Of a stretch of DNA of 64,000 nt, positions 11,383 to 22,492 are shown piece after piece (position 1 is the first letter of the stretch; each line of letters opens with the position of its first letter). Origin of the DNA: Deferribacterales bacterium. GTDB taxonomy: Bacteria > Chrysiogenota > Deferribacteres > Deferribacterales > Geovibrionaceae. The stretch lies in the NCBI GenBank assembly GCA_050253075.1, contig JBFWJS010000006.1:96001-160000 (forward strand), read 5' to 3'. The position numbers and the translations under genes are program-made. The notes beneath the pieces are model-generated. The model did no database searches, was not told the origin of the DNA, and saw only the letters and a list, made by a program, of their open reading frames with translations.

Positions 11383-12277
11383 TTGTAACCTCTACTCTAA
11401 CCTTTTCAGGTTCCACACTTATTACTTTAAACATTTTAGAATCGTTTATATTCAATTTACGAAGGTATTTACCTTTCGACTTGATATTGCCGAGGTCTAC
11501 CGTCGGATAAATTTCACTTTTGATCACATCATTCTCGAGCAGGTCGACACGACCAGAGACCTTTATGGTCAGCGTATCCTGAACTTTAGCCTTGAGCCCC
11601 TCTTTCAGCAGTACGGGGCGCACGGGGATGTCCTTGAACTCTTTCTCCTGAATGTCTTCTTTAAAGACAACGAAGACCTCAACCTGCTGAGGGATGTATT
11701 CCTGTATCCCTTCATAGGATTTCAGCCCGATGCTGTATGTGATAGGGTCACGCCTGTCTGAAAGGTTAACAGGCAGTGTCTCTACGGTGCTCTGCCCCTC
11801 CAGCTTGGACTTTGCCGCCTTTACCTGTACATTTTCAGGGAATACGCTCACGCTGCCGACCTTATAGCCGATGGCGGGCTCTCCGATGAATGTAGGGGCG
11901 ACCTTCATCTCTCTCATGATGAGTGAGTCCACGATGATCTCAATAGACCCCGGAAGGATATCCGTAACCTGAAGCCCTGGGGGCATCTTGATATCTTTCA
12001 CGTCTATGATGGTGTTTGTGTACCCAGGCTTCATGCCTGATACATCGATATCTATGCTTACATCGCCGAATTTCTCTTCGTTAACGAGAGCCTTCGGCCC
12101 TTTTGCATGTACGTTTATAAGGTGCTCATCCGTAACGGCAACATATCCATCAGGGATGTTTGTCAGCTTAACGGGGACATACATGGAGATGTCCTGTATC
12201 TCGCCTGTCACAAGCCCCAGCCAAAGCATAAGAGCGAGGAACGCACTGAATATTTTAAGAGGAAGATTATTCAGCAT
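11360..12277 (-). CDS. cdaR: CdaR/YbbR-domain regulator of diadenylate cyclase
   Basis: N-terminal TM then repeated YbbR-like beta domains; between cdaA and glmM. Confidence 0.85.
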   Translation of the reverse strand: MLNNLPLKIFSAFLALMLWLGLVTGEIQDISMYVPVKLTNIPDGYVAVTDEHLINVHAKGPKALVNEEKFGDVSIDIDVSGMKPGYTNTIIDVKDIKMPPGLQVTDILPGSIEIIVDSLIMREMKVAPTFIGEPAIGYKVGSVSVFPENVQVKAAKSKLEGQSTVETLPVNLSDRRDPITYSIGLKSYEGIQEYIPQQVEVFVVFKEDIQEKEFKDIPVRPVLLKEGLKAKVQDTLTIKVSGRVDLLENDVIKSEIYPTVDLGNIKSKGKYLRKLNINDSKMFKVISVEPEKVRVEVTNEEVLRD

Positions 12278-13064
12278 CCGCTTCCTCCTTTTTTGCCTTT
12301 ACCACAGGCTTCTTCTTACCGAAGACATGCTCGAGAGCATTACGCAGCTGATCGGCATCCAGCTCGTCTGAGAGCACGCCGTTCTGCGCCACTGTGATAG
12401 TACCCTTCTCCTCACTCACTGTCACGGCGAGGGCATCTGTCTCCTCTGTAACGCCGACGGCAGCTCTGTGCCTTGTACCATAGTTTTTACCCAGGTCTGT
12501 CTGACGTGTAAGGGGAAGGATGCTTCCCGCTGTGGATATGCGCCCGTTTGATATGATAACGGCGCCGTCGTGCAGCGGAGAATAAGGGATGAATATACTG
12601 ATAAGTACCTCTCTGGATATCTCGCAATCCAGCTTTGTACCTGTGTCGTCAAGGAAGTTTATAAGGTCTGTATCACGCTGTAATACTATCAGCGCACCAA
12701 TCTGTCTGTTTGCAAGGATTGTCGCCGCCTTCACTATCTCGTCAAGGATGACGCTCTTCGCCTTTGCACTGCTGCCGAAAACTCTGGTCTCTCCGAGGAA
12801 AGCGAGCGCACGGCGTATCTCATGCTGAAAGAGGACTACGATGATGATGAAGAGATAACCTGTGAAGTTGTTTAAAACCCAGCTGGTGGTCTTAAGCCCG
12901 AGAAATTTAGCCGCAAATGATACCAGCACAAGGAGCATGATGCCCATAAGCATAGGCAGAGCCCTAGTGCCCTTAATCAGGAGAAGGATATAGTATATAA
13001 CTATGGCGATGATAGCTATGTCTATAATATCAAAAACACCGACCGACTTGATCAGTTCAAGCAT
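12267..13064 (-). CDS. cdaA: Membrane diadenylate cyclase
   Basis: 3 TM, then DAC motifs PLHDGA and GTRHRAA. Confidence 0.95.
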   Translation of the reverse strand: MLELIKSVGVFDIIDIAIIAIVIYYILLLIKGTRALPMLMGIMLLVLVSFAAKFLGLKTTSWVLNNFTGYLFIIIVVLFQHEIRRALAFLGETRVFGSSAKAKSVILDEIVKAATILANRQIGALIVLQRDTDLINFLDDTGTKLDCEISREVLISIFIPYSPLHDGAVIISNGRISTAGSILPLTRQTDLGKNYGTRHRAAVGVTEETDALAVTVSEEKGTITVAQNGVLSDELDADQLRNALEHVFGKKKPVVKAKKEEADAE

Positions 13065-13876
13065 CCTTCACCCGCCTCTTTTGATTTAATAAACACATTT
13101 ATCATATCGGCAGTTTCGCTGATATCATGTGCTCTTATTATGTCTGCCCCGTTCATAAGGGCTATCGTTTCGGCTGCCAGTGTCCCTGCGAGCCTCTCCA
13201 CAGGGGGCTTCCCGGTCACTGCGCCTATCATACTTTTTCTCGAAATACCTGCCAAGACAGGCATGCCCGATTCCTTGAACTCGTTCAGCCTGCTGAGCAT
13301 TTTAAAATTATCCTCGAGGCTCTTGCCAAAGCCGAACCCCGGGTCGAGGCATATGGAGCTTTCCTTTATGCCGTCTCTTATACACTGCTCTGCCGCTTCG
13401 AAGAGGTATCTTTTAACCTCTTCCACCACATCGAGATACACAGGGTTCTCCTGCATGCTCTTAGGCTCGCCCAGCATATGCATTATACACACAGAGCACT
13501 CGTGCTCGGCACATACCCTGCGCATGGCATCACTGCGGAGCCCCGTGATGTCGTTTATCATCCCAGCGCCGTGTATCAGAGATTCCTCTGCGACCTTCGG
13601 CTTATTGGTATCCACAGACACATATAAACCGCTGTCCACAGCGAGCTTCACAGCGGGGATGACCCTGTTCAGCTCCTCCAGCTCGTCGATATATTCGGAG
13701 CCGGGTCTTGTGGATTCACCGCCTATGTCTGCCATGTCGACACCGTTTGCGATGAACTCCTCAATGCGGCTGATCATTCCGTCTATCCTATTATACACGC
13801 CTCCGTCACTAAAGGAATCAGGAGTAATGTTCAAAATACCCATCAACAAAGGTTTTTTAAGTGAAAATGTCTTCAC
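13052..13876 (-). CDS. folP: Dihydropteroate synthase
   Basis: GILNITPDSFSDGG, DIGGESTRPG, DPGFGFGK, SRKS. Confidence 0.96.
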   Translation of the reverse strand: MKTFSLKKPLLMGILNITPDSFSDGGVYNRIDGMISRIEEFIANGVDMADIGGESTRPGSEYIDELEELNRVIPAVKLAVDSGLYVSVDTNKPKVAEESLIHGAGMINDITGLRSDAMRRVCAEHECSVCIMHMLGEPKSMQENPVYLDVVEEVKRYLFEAAEQCIRDGIKESSICLDPGFGFGKSLEDNFKMLSRLNEFKESGMPVLAGISRKSMIGAVTGKPPVERLAGTLAAETIALMNGADIIRAHDISETADMINVFIKSKEAGEGCLN

Positions 13877-13913
13877 TTTGGATGTTAAGATATCAGCCTC
13901 GCTTATATACAGT

Positions 13914-13941
13914 TAAAGGCGTACATATTTGTACGCCTTTA
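13914..13941 (-). terminator. Hairpin after ftsH
   Basis: TAAAGGCGTACA-TATT-TGTACGCCTTTA perfect 12-bp stem. Confidence 0.65.
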
Positions 13942-13981
13942 TTTATCAATTCAAACTGTCTGATCAGATAAAAACGTCTTA

Positions 13982-15841
13982 TTAAACTGTAGCTTCCTCG
14001 TCCGTTATGACGTTTACTTTTGTATCAGACTCAGGAGCCGGTTCAGGCTCGTTACCCATGAGAAGATCGATCTCTTTCCCCTCGATGGTCTCTTTCTCCA
14101 GAAGGAGTTTGGCCACGCCGTGGAGGAGGTCTACATTGTCCTCGAGTATCTGGCGGGCTTTGTTGTATCCGCTCATTACAAAGCTCTTAACTTCGTCGTC
14201 GATGGACACGGCTGTTGTCTCGCTGTAGTTGGATGAGTGCCCTATCTCTTTACCGAGAAAGACATTGTCGTCTTTCTTTCCGTATGCGAGAGGTCCCATC
14301 CTCTTACTCATACCCCAGCTGCACACCATCTTTCTGGCGAGGTCAGAAGCTCTTTCGATGTCGTTTCCTGCGCCTGTTGTGAGACGGTCGAAGATTATCT
14401 CCTCAGCCACACGTCCGCCCATAAGAACTGCCAGCATACTGTCCATGTACTCTTTGGTATACATGTGCCTGTCGTCCTGAGGGAGCTGCATTGTGATACC
14501 GAGCGCCATACCTCTAGGGATGATGCTTACCTTATGCACAGGGTCAGCCTCAGGGATGAACTTCGCCACGATAGCGTGTCCGGCCTCGTGATAAGCTGTG
14601 TTTTCTTTCTCTTTATCGTTGATAGCCATGCTGCGTCTTTCCTTACCCATCATGACCTTATCTTTTGCTTCTTCGAAGTCTGCCATGTCGACAGCATCTT
14701 TATTCTTTCTCGCCGCGATGAGAGCCGCCTCGTTCACGAGGTTTGCGAGCTCCGCACCTGCATATCCCGGTGTACCCTTAGCGATGATCTCAAGGTTGAT
14801 GTCGTCAGACTTTTTAACATTAGCTGCGTGCACCTGAAGTATCATAAGACGTCCGTTCATGTCAGGAGCAGGTACAACGACCTGTCTGTCGAAACGTCCC
14901 GGTCTGAGGAGCGCAGGGTCGAGCACGTCGGGGCGGTTTGTAGCCGCTATGAGGATAACGCCTTCATTAGACTCGAATCCGTCCATCTCCACAAGAAGCT
15001 GGTTAAGTGTCTGCTCACGCTCGTCGTGTCCGCCGCCGAGACCTGCGCCTCTGTGACGTCCTACTGCGTCGATCTCATCCACAAAGATGATACACGGAGC
15101 ATTCTTCTTACCCTGTTCGAAAAGGTCACGGACACGGGAAGCACCCACACCCACGAACATCTCTACGAAGTCGGAACCTGATATAGAAAAGAAAGGAACG
15201 CCGGCCTCGCCCGCAACAGCTTTTGCGAGGAGTGTCTTACCTGTTCCCGGAGGGCCCACGAGGAGCACGCCTTTAGGTATCTTACCGCCGAGCCTCTGAA
15301 ATTTCTGAGGATCTTTGAGGAATTCGATGATCTCCTCAAGCTCTTCTTTAGCCTCTTCAACACCTGCCACATCTTTAAATGTGACCTTGTGCTGATCCTG
15401 TGTGAGGAGCTTCGCCTTAGATTTGCCGAAGCTGAAGGCCTTGCCCCCTGCTCCGCCCTGCATCTGGCGCATGAAGAATATCCATACCCCGATGAGAAGC
15501 AGCATAGGAAGCCATGATATAAGCACCTGCATATACCACGGGTTTCTGTCAGGCGGAAGTGCTGTGATCTGAACCTTGTTCTCTCTCAGTGTTTTAACAA
15601 GCTCTGCATCATCAGGTGTGTATGTCTCGAACTGTCCGCCCTCGTTGAACATACCGCTGACCTTATTCTGCTTTATAGTGACTGACTGCACGTTGCTTGT
15701 TGCTACCTGATCAAGGAATTCAGAATAGCTGATATTTTTTCTGGCTGCCTGTGTGCCGCTGATCACATTGAACAGGAACACCATAATAAAGGCTATGATG
15801 AGCCACAGAGCCAGGTTTTTGTAAAAACTATTGTTCATCAA
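13982..15841 (-). CDS. ftsH: ATP-dependent zinc metalloprotease FtsH
   Basis: 2 [29 protein letters not shown]. Confidence 0.98.
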   Translation of the reverse strand: MMNNSFYKNLALWLIIAFIMVFLFNVISGTQAARKNISYSEFLDQVATSNVQSVTIKQNKVSGMFNEGGQFETYTPDDAELVKTLRENKVQITALPPDRNPWYMQVLISWLPMLLLIGVWIFFMRQMQGGAGGKAFSFGKSKAKLLTQDQHKVTFKDVAGVEEAKEELEEIIEFLKDPQKFQRLGGKIPKGVLLVGPPGTGKTLLAKAVAGEAGVPFFSISGSDFVEMFVGVGASRVRDLFEQGKKNAPCIIFVDEIDAVGRHRGAGLGGGHDEREQTLNQLLVEMDGFESNEGVILIAATNRPDVLDPALLRPGRFDRQVVVPAPDMNGRLMILQVHAANVKKSDDINLEIIAKGTPGYAGAELANLVNEAALIAARKNKDAVDMADFEEAKDKVMMGKERRSMAINDKEKENTAYHEAGHAIVAKFIPEADPVHKVSIIPRGMALGITMQLPQDDRHMYTKEYMDSMLAVLMGGRVAEEIIFDRLTTGAGNDIERASDLARKMVCSWGMSKRMGPLAYGKKDDNVFLGKEIGHSSNYSETTAVSIDDEVKSFVMSGYNKARQILEDNVDLLHGVAKLLLEKETIEGKEIDLLMGNEPEPAPESDTKVNVITDEEATV

Positions 15842-15854
15842 TAACTCCGAATAA

Positions 15855-16385
15855 TTAGTCTGTGAATTCCACAGTGCATATATTTTTTAAGTTTCTGTAA
15901 TATCCGTCGTAATCCAGTCCATACCCTACGACAAATTCATCAGGAATCTCGAAACCTTCGTAATCGAGTCTGATGTCTGCCACCCTTCTCTCAGGCTTGT
16001 TCAGAAGGGAGACTATCTTAATTGAGGCAGGCTTACGCACTCTTAACATCTTCTTAAGATATGACAGGGTGTTGCCTGTATCAAGTATATCTTCAACAAT
16101 GAGCACATGAACATCGTCCAGCGGTCTGTCGAGGTCGCATAAAACCCTGACCTCTCCCGTGGACTTTGTGCCCTGATAGCTGGAAACAGCGAGAAAGCCT
16201 ATTTCAACATGCACGCCTTCCATTTCTCTTACGAGGTCTGCCATGAAAATAACAGAGCCTTTCAAAACGCCTACTGCAAGCACATTCTCGCCTTCATAGT
16301 CGGCTGAAATCTGCTTACCGAGTTCGACGACCCTGTTTTTGATCGTCTGTTCACTGATCATCTCTTTAAGCTTATGTGGCTTCAA
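15855..16385 (-). CDS. hpt: Hypoxanthine phosphoribosyltransferase
   Basis: [23 protein letters not shown]. Confidence 0.96.
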   Translation of the reverse strand: MKPHKLKEMISEQTIKNRVVELGKQISADYEGENVLAVGVLKGSVIFMADLVREMEGVHVEIGFLAVSSYQGTKSTGEVRVLCDLDRPLDDVHVLIVEDILDTGNTLSYLKKMLRVRKPASIKIVSLLNKPERRVADIRLDYEGFEIPDEFVVGYGLDYDGYYRNLKNICTVEFTD

Positions 16386-16388
16386 AAT

Positions 16389-17642
16389 TCATAACTCCAG
16401 ATTTTTCCTGTCGAGAGACAAACTTATACTATCATCACTGGAAATATTTTCAACCCATACAATGCAATTATCAGAAAGAATTATCACTGATGTATCACGG
16501 ATGAAAAGATCCAGCTTTTTATCTATAAAAATGTCTTTTAACTTCTTGCTTCCGATCCTGTCGCCCACGGCTCTGTTCCGCACCGTAAGCTCCTTATCTA
16601 TCCACTCTCCGCCGAAGGTCAGCTTTTTACCTAAATGCTTGATAAAGATTGTCTTCTGTCCCTTCTGCTTTATCATATCAAACTTTTCGACCAAACGCTT
16701 ATGGAAAAGTCTGAGCAGTTTGTCGCTCTTTTCAAATTTATATCCGTCAGGCATATCTATCCGAACGGAATAATCACTGTAGACCAGATCCTTCATTTCA
16801 TCGATGTGTCTGCGCTCAACACGAAAGACCTTCGAAGCCATATGATGCAGCAGATACTCCTGCTCCACCTCGTGCATAGCGTCGAAGATCGAACGCTTAA
16901 CAGACATCACAGACGGGTCTGAAACATCTATAAAAGGAATAAGTTTTTCCTGTAAATAACTGTCAAATCTAATAGCATCATGCATAATACCGATGATATT
17001 ATTTTCGAATCCGGGTCTATACTGAGACAGCTCAGCGGTGATATGGTTCCGAACAAAATTACGCAGATAACTGTCGTCTGAGTTTGTCTCGTCAACCGCA
17101 TGTTTCATCTTCAGCTTTTCTATATATTCCAGTATCTCTTCCGTCGTGATATCCAGCATGGGGCGGAAAAGATCGCCCTCCCGTTCTGTTATCCCCTTCA
17201 GCGAAAATACAGAAGCACCCTGCACCGCATGGGTGAAGAATGTCTCCACTACGTCGTTCTTTGTATGTGCCGTGAGGAGCAGGTCACACCCGAGCTCCTT
17301 CATGGCGTTCCGCAGTGCACGGTAACGCACTATCCTAGCGCCGTGTTCAAAGCTGAGCTTCTTTACCTCGCAGTATCTGGGCACATCCACACGGTAAGAC
17401 ACAAACGGAATGTCCATATCCTCGCAAAAATCTGCGCAGAATTTCTCATCCCACCCGGAAGTCTTTCTTGATAAGTGATTTATATGACATGCAGCTACAC
17501 TGTAGCCCTGAATTCCTTCATTCTTCTTCAAAAAATGGAGAAGAGATATCGAATCCTTTCCGCCTGAGAAAGCGACGAGTAAACGTCTGCCGACAAAATC
17601 ACTGAGCTTTGCGTAGAGCTTTTTCTCAAACGATAAAGTCAT
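16389..17642 (-). CDS. tilS: tRNA(Ile)-lysidine synthetase
   Basis: SGGKDS PP-loop, AHTKND, RP, DETN, RNFVR; tilS-hpt-ftsH synteny. Confidence 0.92.
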   Translation of the reverse strand: MTLSFEKKLYAKLSDFVGRRLLVAFSGGKDSISLLHFLKKNEGIQGYSVAACHINHLSRKTSGWDEKFCADFCEDMDIPFVSYRVDVPRYCEVKKLSFEHGARIVRYRALRNAMKELGCDLLLTAHTKNDVVETFFTHAVQGASVFSLKGITEREGDLFRPMLDITTEEILEYIEKLKMKHAVDETNSDDSYLRNFVRNHITAELSQYRPGFENNIIGIMHDAIRFDSYLQEKLIPFIDVSDPSVMSVKRSIFDAMHEVEQEYLLHHMASKVFRVERRHIDEMKDLVYSDYSVRIDMPDGYKFEKSDKLLRLFHKRLVEKFDMIKQKGQKTIFIKHLGKKLTFGGEWIDKELTVRNRAVGDRIGSKKLKDIFIDKKLDLFIRDTSVIILSDNCIVWVENISSDDSISLSLDRKNLEL

Positions 17643-18984
17643 CCCTTTTTACGTATATCTCCTCAAATTTGGTCTTCATATTGTCATAGCTGGATCTGCC
17701 GAGCAGTCCGTATGAATAGTTCTTACCCTCTTCCACACCAGGTTGGTCGAATGGATCGATATCGTTCGCCAGACCGACAACAGGCACTATGTACTGCCAC
17801 ATCATGAAGAGTGCGCCGAGGGTATATTCGTCGATAGAGTCTATGGAAACCTTAACCGAAGGCTTGCCTGTGTTTTTAAGTGCCGCTTCCGTAGCCAGAA
17901 GCTCGATATTGCATAATTCACCGAGGCTGTGCCCCTCGAGGTAGCCGTAGTCGTCGAACTCCGCCATTATCTTTTTGTCCTTCTCATGCTTTTCCACTTC
18001 GATGAATGTCACGATCTTATCGTTTGGTCCCTCTTTGAAAAGCTGAACCTGAGAATGCTGATCTATAACACCCACTGCTTTTACAGGTGTGGAGCCGAAG
18101 AGTACTTCGTTTCCGTCTGTGTCTTTACTCTTTCCGAGGGATTCGCCCCACAGCTGGCAGAACCAGTCTGCAAAGGATGAAAGCCTTGAAGAGTAAGGCA
18201 TAAGGACATTTATATTACGCCCGTTCTCCATAAAATACATATATATGGAGGAGAGAGTTACAATCTTTTCATACTTGTCTTTTGTGACAGAAGCCGCACC
18301 TTCGAGCAGTTTGTCTATATCCATGCCGAGCATAGCGGCAGGGAGCAGACCGACAGATGAAAGCACGCTGAACCTTCCGCCCACGTTCTGAGGCACAGGG
18401 AAAGTTACAAAACCTTCCGCCGAGCTGATCTTTCTGAGTGTACCGCCTTCAGGGTCTGTGATGGCGCAGAAGTGCTTCTTAACGTCTTTAACGCCTTCGT
18501 CGAGCCATTCGTAGATGATATTAAAATTAGCGGCTGTTTCCACAGTACTGCCTGATTTTGTGATGACACAGACAAATGTGTCCTCAGGGTGACACTCGCT
18601 GAGTATCGCAGAGAGCTTCGAAGGATCTACGTTATCCGCAACCCAAACTCTCGGAAATCCGCCTCTGGTGGAGAAAGAGCGCGCATTATGCCCGTAAGGC
18701 AGGAGAGCGTTGCAAAGTGTCTCCATACCGAGGGAGCTTCCGCCTATCCCTACGAGGATAAGGTCGTTGAACTTACCGCCCATCTCTTTTGCATATTTCT
18801 TCATCTCGGATGTATCCTGAGACGGAAGATTGACAAAGCCTGCTTTTCCGTCGTCGACAAGTCTCAACAGACGTGAGAGTCCCGTCATCGCTTTTTCTCT
18901 GTATTTAGCAAGCGCCGTATCGTCCAGACCGCCTTCTATAAAGGCGCTCATGGCGTAGTTGAAATCAACTTTCATTCTCTGCAT
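17626..18984 (-). CDS. pgi: Glucose-6-phosphate isomerase
   Basis: GIGGSSLG, KSGSTVET, VGGRFSVLS, QLWGESLGK, FDQPGVEEGK. Confidence 0.96.
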   Translation of the reverse strand: MQRMKVDFNYAMSAFIEGGLDDTALAKYREKAMTGLSRLLRLVDDGKAGFVNLPSQDTSEMKKYAKEMGGKFNDLILVGIGGSSLGMETLCNALLPYGHNARSFSTRGGFPRVWVADNVDPSKLSAILSECHPEDTFVCVITKSGSTVETAANFNIIYEWLDEGVKDVKKHFCAITDPEGGTLRKISSAEGFVTFPVPQNVGGRFSVLSSVGLLPAAMLGMDIDKLLEGAASVTKDKYEKIVTLSSIYMYFMENGRNINVLMPYSSRLSSFADWFCQLWGESLGKSKDTDGNEVLFGSTPVKAVGVIDQHSQVQLFKEGPNDKIVTFIEVEKHEKDKKIMAEFDDYGYLEGHSLGELCNIELLATEAALKNTGKPSVKVSIDSIDEYTLGALFMMWQYIVPVVGLANDIDPFDQPGVEEGKNYSYGLLGRSSYDNMKTKFEEIYVKRDDFIV

Positions 18985-20749
18985 CTTCTACCTCCAGAAA
19001 TGCAACAGCTTCGTCCAGTGAATTTATTCTAGGCACATCTTTTAACACGGCGGCAAAGAATTTACCATAATTTTTGGTGTCGATCCTTTTGTCGAGTATC
19101 ACCCAGACTCCCTTATCTTCTTCGTGCCGAAGGAGTCTGCCCACCGCCTGACGATAATATATCACTGCACGAGGAAGGAAATAATCCATGAAAGGTTCCT
19201 GACCTTTCTTACGCACACTTTCCGCCTGCTCTTTCAGCAGGAGGTCGTCGGGATATTCAAAAGGCAGCTTATCGAGTATCACGTATGAAATGCCCGTATG
19301 GGCAAAGTCCATCCCCTCTCTGAATACAGCGCATCCGACAAATATAGTGTCCGTCAGCCCTTCCGTGTCTTTTATGTCTATGTCCCTCTGAGAGTATACC
19401 CTACCGGGGCATAGTTGTTTTAACATTTTTGTCAGCTTATACATCCGCCCAACGCTGTTGCAGATGATAAGTACTGATCCCTTTGCCTTTTCTGCGAGTT
19501 CTTCATAAAAAGAATCTTCGCTCTCGGCAACAAGCAGCCTCCCCTGACGTGCCATATCAAACACGGGGTCGAGGCTCATCCTGCCTATCTCGTCCTCTTC
19601 GTACCCTGTCTCGGAAAGGAAATAGCTAAAATTCCCCTTACCTGAAAGGGTCGCACTTACAAATATAGGCGAGAGGCAAGCATTTTTCAAACCCTCACGG
19701 AGCTTATCCGCTGCATTCAGCGGGATGTACTGCATGAGGATATCGCCTCGTTCCTGATCAACAAAGCGCACGCCCTCGCTGTCTCCGAGGACTGCAACAG
19801 CCTTTTCCAGCAGGCGTTTATGAACAGTGTTCAGCTCGTCCATGTCCTTTTCGCCTATGGATTTGTTAACAAATTCTATATAAGGCACAAGGCGGTCTTT
19901 CAGCTCCGCCGTGTGTGTTCTGGTCTTTATGGTTTCCAGCAGTCCTGACAGCATCCCCGCAGCGAGTTCTATCTCTCTCGGGTCGAAATACTGTCTGTTC
20001 TCATTCATCAGTTTCAGGAAGTTCCGCAAAGAAAGCTCTGTCCCTGCGAATCTGGGGAAGATGTCCGGTATAGAGTGCGCCTCATCCATGATGATATGGT
20101 CTGCAAAGTTGAATATCGATGCGTGCTCGCTCTCGGATTTCAGCGCAAAGTCGCTCATGAGCAGATAGTGGTTTGTTATCACTATATCCGCATTATTCGC
20201 CCTCTCCTTTGCCCTGTAAAAGGAGCATATATCATAAAACTCGCACTTCGACGCAGGACACTGCCAGCTGTCGGTGGAGATATGCTCTATCTCGTGCGGG
20301 GTGAAGACGCCTATCGGCAGCTCGACAATCTCTTCGTCCACGATTGTATCATACCACTGTGCCACCTTTTCAAACCTACCCTGATTCGGGTATACAAAGC
20401 GGAAAAAGCGCAGATGGCAGAAATAGTTTCTCCGCCCTTTAAGGACGGCGACATTCCTCTCCTCTCCGCCGAATATTTTGCTGACCGCCTCGATATCCTT
20501 TCCGGCGATCTGGGACATAAGCTGTTTTGTTTTTGTAGAAATGATGGTTCGCCTGCCGAGTTCGAACGCAGGTATAAGGTATGCAAAGGTTTTGCCTGAG
20601 CCCGTAGGAGCTTCAACAACGCCCGCCTGATAGTCCTTCATGGAGTTAAAAATGAACTCCGCCGCCTCCAGCTGTGCATCCCTCTGCCTGTATCTGGGGA
20701 GGATTGCCTCCAGCGAGCCCCCTTTGCTGAAATACTTATCCATATTCAT
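18965..20749 (-). CDS. DinG/YoaA-family Fe-S DNA helicase
   Basis: EAPTGSGKT, Cys cluster (FC..C..C..C), DEAH, SATL, QAVGRLLR. Confidence 0.9.
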   Translation of the reverse strand: MNMDKYFSKGGSLEAILPRYRQRDAQLEAAEFIFNSMKDYQAGVVEAPTGSGKTFAYLIPAFELGRRTIISTKTKQLMSQIAGKDIEAVSKIFGGEERNVAVLKGRRNYFCHLRFFRFVYPNQGRFEKVAQWYDTIVDEEIVELPIGVFTPHEIEHISTDSWQCPASKCEFYDICSFYRAKERANNADIVITNHYLLMSDFALKSESEHASIFNFADHIIMDEAHSIPDIFPRFAGTELSLRNFLKLMNENRQYFDPREIELAAGMLSGLLETIKTRTHTAELKDRLVPYIEFVNKSIGEKDMDELNTVHKRLLEKAVAVLGDSEGVRFVDQERGDILMQYIPLNAADKLREGLKNACLSPIFVSATLSGKGNFSYFLSETGYEEDEIGRMSLDPVFDMARQGRLLVAESEDSFYEELAEKAKGSVLIICNSVGRMYKLTKMLKQLCPGRVYSQRDIDIKDTEGLTDTIFVGCAVFREGMDFAHTGISYVILDKLPFEYPDDLLLKEQAESVRKKGQEPFMDYFLPRAVIYYRQAVGRLLRHEEDKGVWVILDKRIDTKNYGKFFAAVLKDVPRINSLDEAVAFLEVEDAENES

Positions 20750-20823
20750 CCAAACAGAATAGTTGAATAAATATAATGTTTCAAATATATTTATTACATT
20801 AATATCTTTTCAGGAAATAAACT

Positions 20824-22167
20824 ATGAACAAGCTCATCACCGCAGTCGCGATACTCATAATGATAATAGCCACAGCATGCGTCAGTCCCTCCGAAGGGGA
20901 AGCGAAACAGACCGAATCCCCTGCAAAGACTGATATAAAGGCAGATATACACGAAGGCAGCCACAGAGTTACCCCTGTGGTGGAAGCTGTGAAAAAGATA
21001 GAGAACTCCATCGTAAACATCCGTACGGAAAAGGTTGTGACAAGACAGAGTCCGTTCTTCGGCGACGGCACTATGAATGACAACTTCTTCAACGACTTTT
21101 TCGGCTTCGGCAGAACATATAAGACTCAGTCCCTCGGCTCAGGCGTGGTGATAAAGCCTGACGGAACTATCATAACCAACTTTCACGTTGTAAAAGAAGC
21201 TACGAAAGTTTTCGTCATGCTGGCAGATAATAAATCATACGAGGCGGAATACCTCGGCGGAGACGAGATACTAGACATAGCCGTACTTAAGATAAAAGAT
21301 GCCAAAGAGGAATTCACCGCTGCAGTGACAGGCGACAGCGCAGACATCATGCTGGGCGAGACTGTCATAGCGATGGGCAACCCGTACGGGCTCTCAAGCT
21401 CCCTGACAACAGGTATCGTCAGCTCTAAAAACCGAGTGATAAACATAGGAAACGGCTACTCTGTATTTATACAGACAGACGCCCTCATCAACCCGGGCAA
21501 CTCCGGCGGACCTCTCGTAAACCTCGACGGTGAGGTGATCGGCATCAACACTGCAATCTTCAAAGAAGCACAGGGGATAGGCTTTTCCATCCCTATGAAC
21601 ACAGTTCTCCGCATACTGCCCGAGATACTCGCCCACGGAAAGGTGCGCATGGGCTATATGGGATTTACCATCCACGAAGAAAAAGATGAAGACGGCATAA
21701 AACTCATCGTTACCCGTGTAGAGCGTAAATCAAACGCAAACTACATAGGTATCGAAAAAGGCGACCAGATACTTCAGGTGTCTGACATTCCCGTATCTTC
21801 ACTGTCTGCCATGAGCTATCTGCTCCGCAGCTATCCCCCCGGCTCCAGCGTTTCCGTAGCTATCAAGCGCGGCGACAAAACCCTGAGAGGAAAGATAGGC
21901 ATATCAGACTATCCCGACAACTACGGACTTAATATCCTTCAGAATAATTATGGGCTGAACTTTGAGCTGCAAGGCAAATTCATCGTTATAACTGAAGTGA
22001 ACGGAGACAACTTCTTCCGCAAAGGAGACATCATAATAGGTGTTGAAAACAGCGAAGTGAAGAGTATCGAAGACCTTAACAAGCTGATAGTCGATAACCT
22101 GGGCGAAGTGACAATACTCAGCATATACAGAGACAGCAACCTGATAAGGGTGAAGCTGCCGCTTTAA
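20824..22167 (+). CDS. HtrA/DegP-type serine protease with PDZ domains (probable lipoprotein)
   Basis: TNFHVV, DIAVLK, INPGNSGGPL; ATAC lipobox-like signal. Confidence 0.92.
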   Translation: MNKLITAVAILIMIIATACVSPSEGEAKQTESPAKTDIKADIHEGSHRVTPVVEAVKKIENSIVNIRTEKVVTRQSPFFGDGTMNDNFFNDFFGFGRTYKTQSLGSGVVIKPDGTIITNFHVVKEATKVFVMLADNKSYEAEYLGGDEILDIAVLKIKDAKEEFTAAVTGDSADIMLGETVIAMGNPYGLSSSLTTGIVSSKNRVINIGNGYSVFIQTDALINPGNSGGPLVNLDGEVIGINTAIFKEAQGIGFSIPMNTVLRILPEILAHGKVRMGYMGFTIHEEKDEDGIKLIVTRVERKSNANYIGIEKGDQILQVSDIPVSSLSAMSYLLRSYPPGSSVSVAIKRGDKTLRGKIGISDYPDNYGLNILQNNYGLNFELQGKFIVITEVNGDNFFRKGDIIIGVENSEVKSIEDLNKLIVDNLGEVTILSIYRDSNLIRVKLPL

Positions 22168-22219
22168 AACAAGTCACTCAGTTTAACATTTTTCAGTATT
22201 ATTTAACACACTGAATAAC

Positions 22220-22254
22220 AGCGGTCTTATGAACAACATAGGGCCGCTTTTTTT
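22220..22254 (+). terminator. Intrinsic terminator
   Basis: AGCGGTCTTATG-AACAA-CATAGGGCCGCT followed by T-run. Confidence 0.75.
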
Positions 22255-22492
22255 ACCCCTGACAAAATCTTACCTTTTTTATCTTATTTTCCTCAATACT
22301 ACTAACACTTAGACCGTTATCTTAATGATAAAAATTTGCGATTATTTTTGTTGCATCCCACTAGAATTAGTAGTAGGGTTCTAACTTTGTATTTTTCGTA
22401 CGGCTAAACAATAGTATGAAAACAGTAGATACAAATAGTGACATTATTTATGCGTAAGTGAACCAAACTTATTCTATTTCAGAGGGACGAAA

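Noticed and set aside
18965..20749. DinG as part of a type IV CRISPR or defence system
   Set aside because: Embedded in a housekeeping operon with no cas or defence neighbours.
22293..22320. Sigma-28 promoter for the MCP
   Set aside because: Only a weak match (TCAA-N16-ACCGTTAT) in AT-rich DNA.
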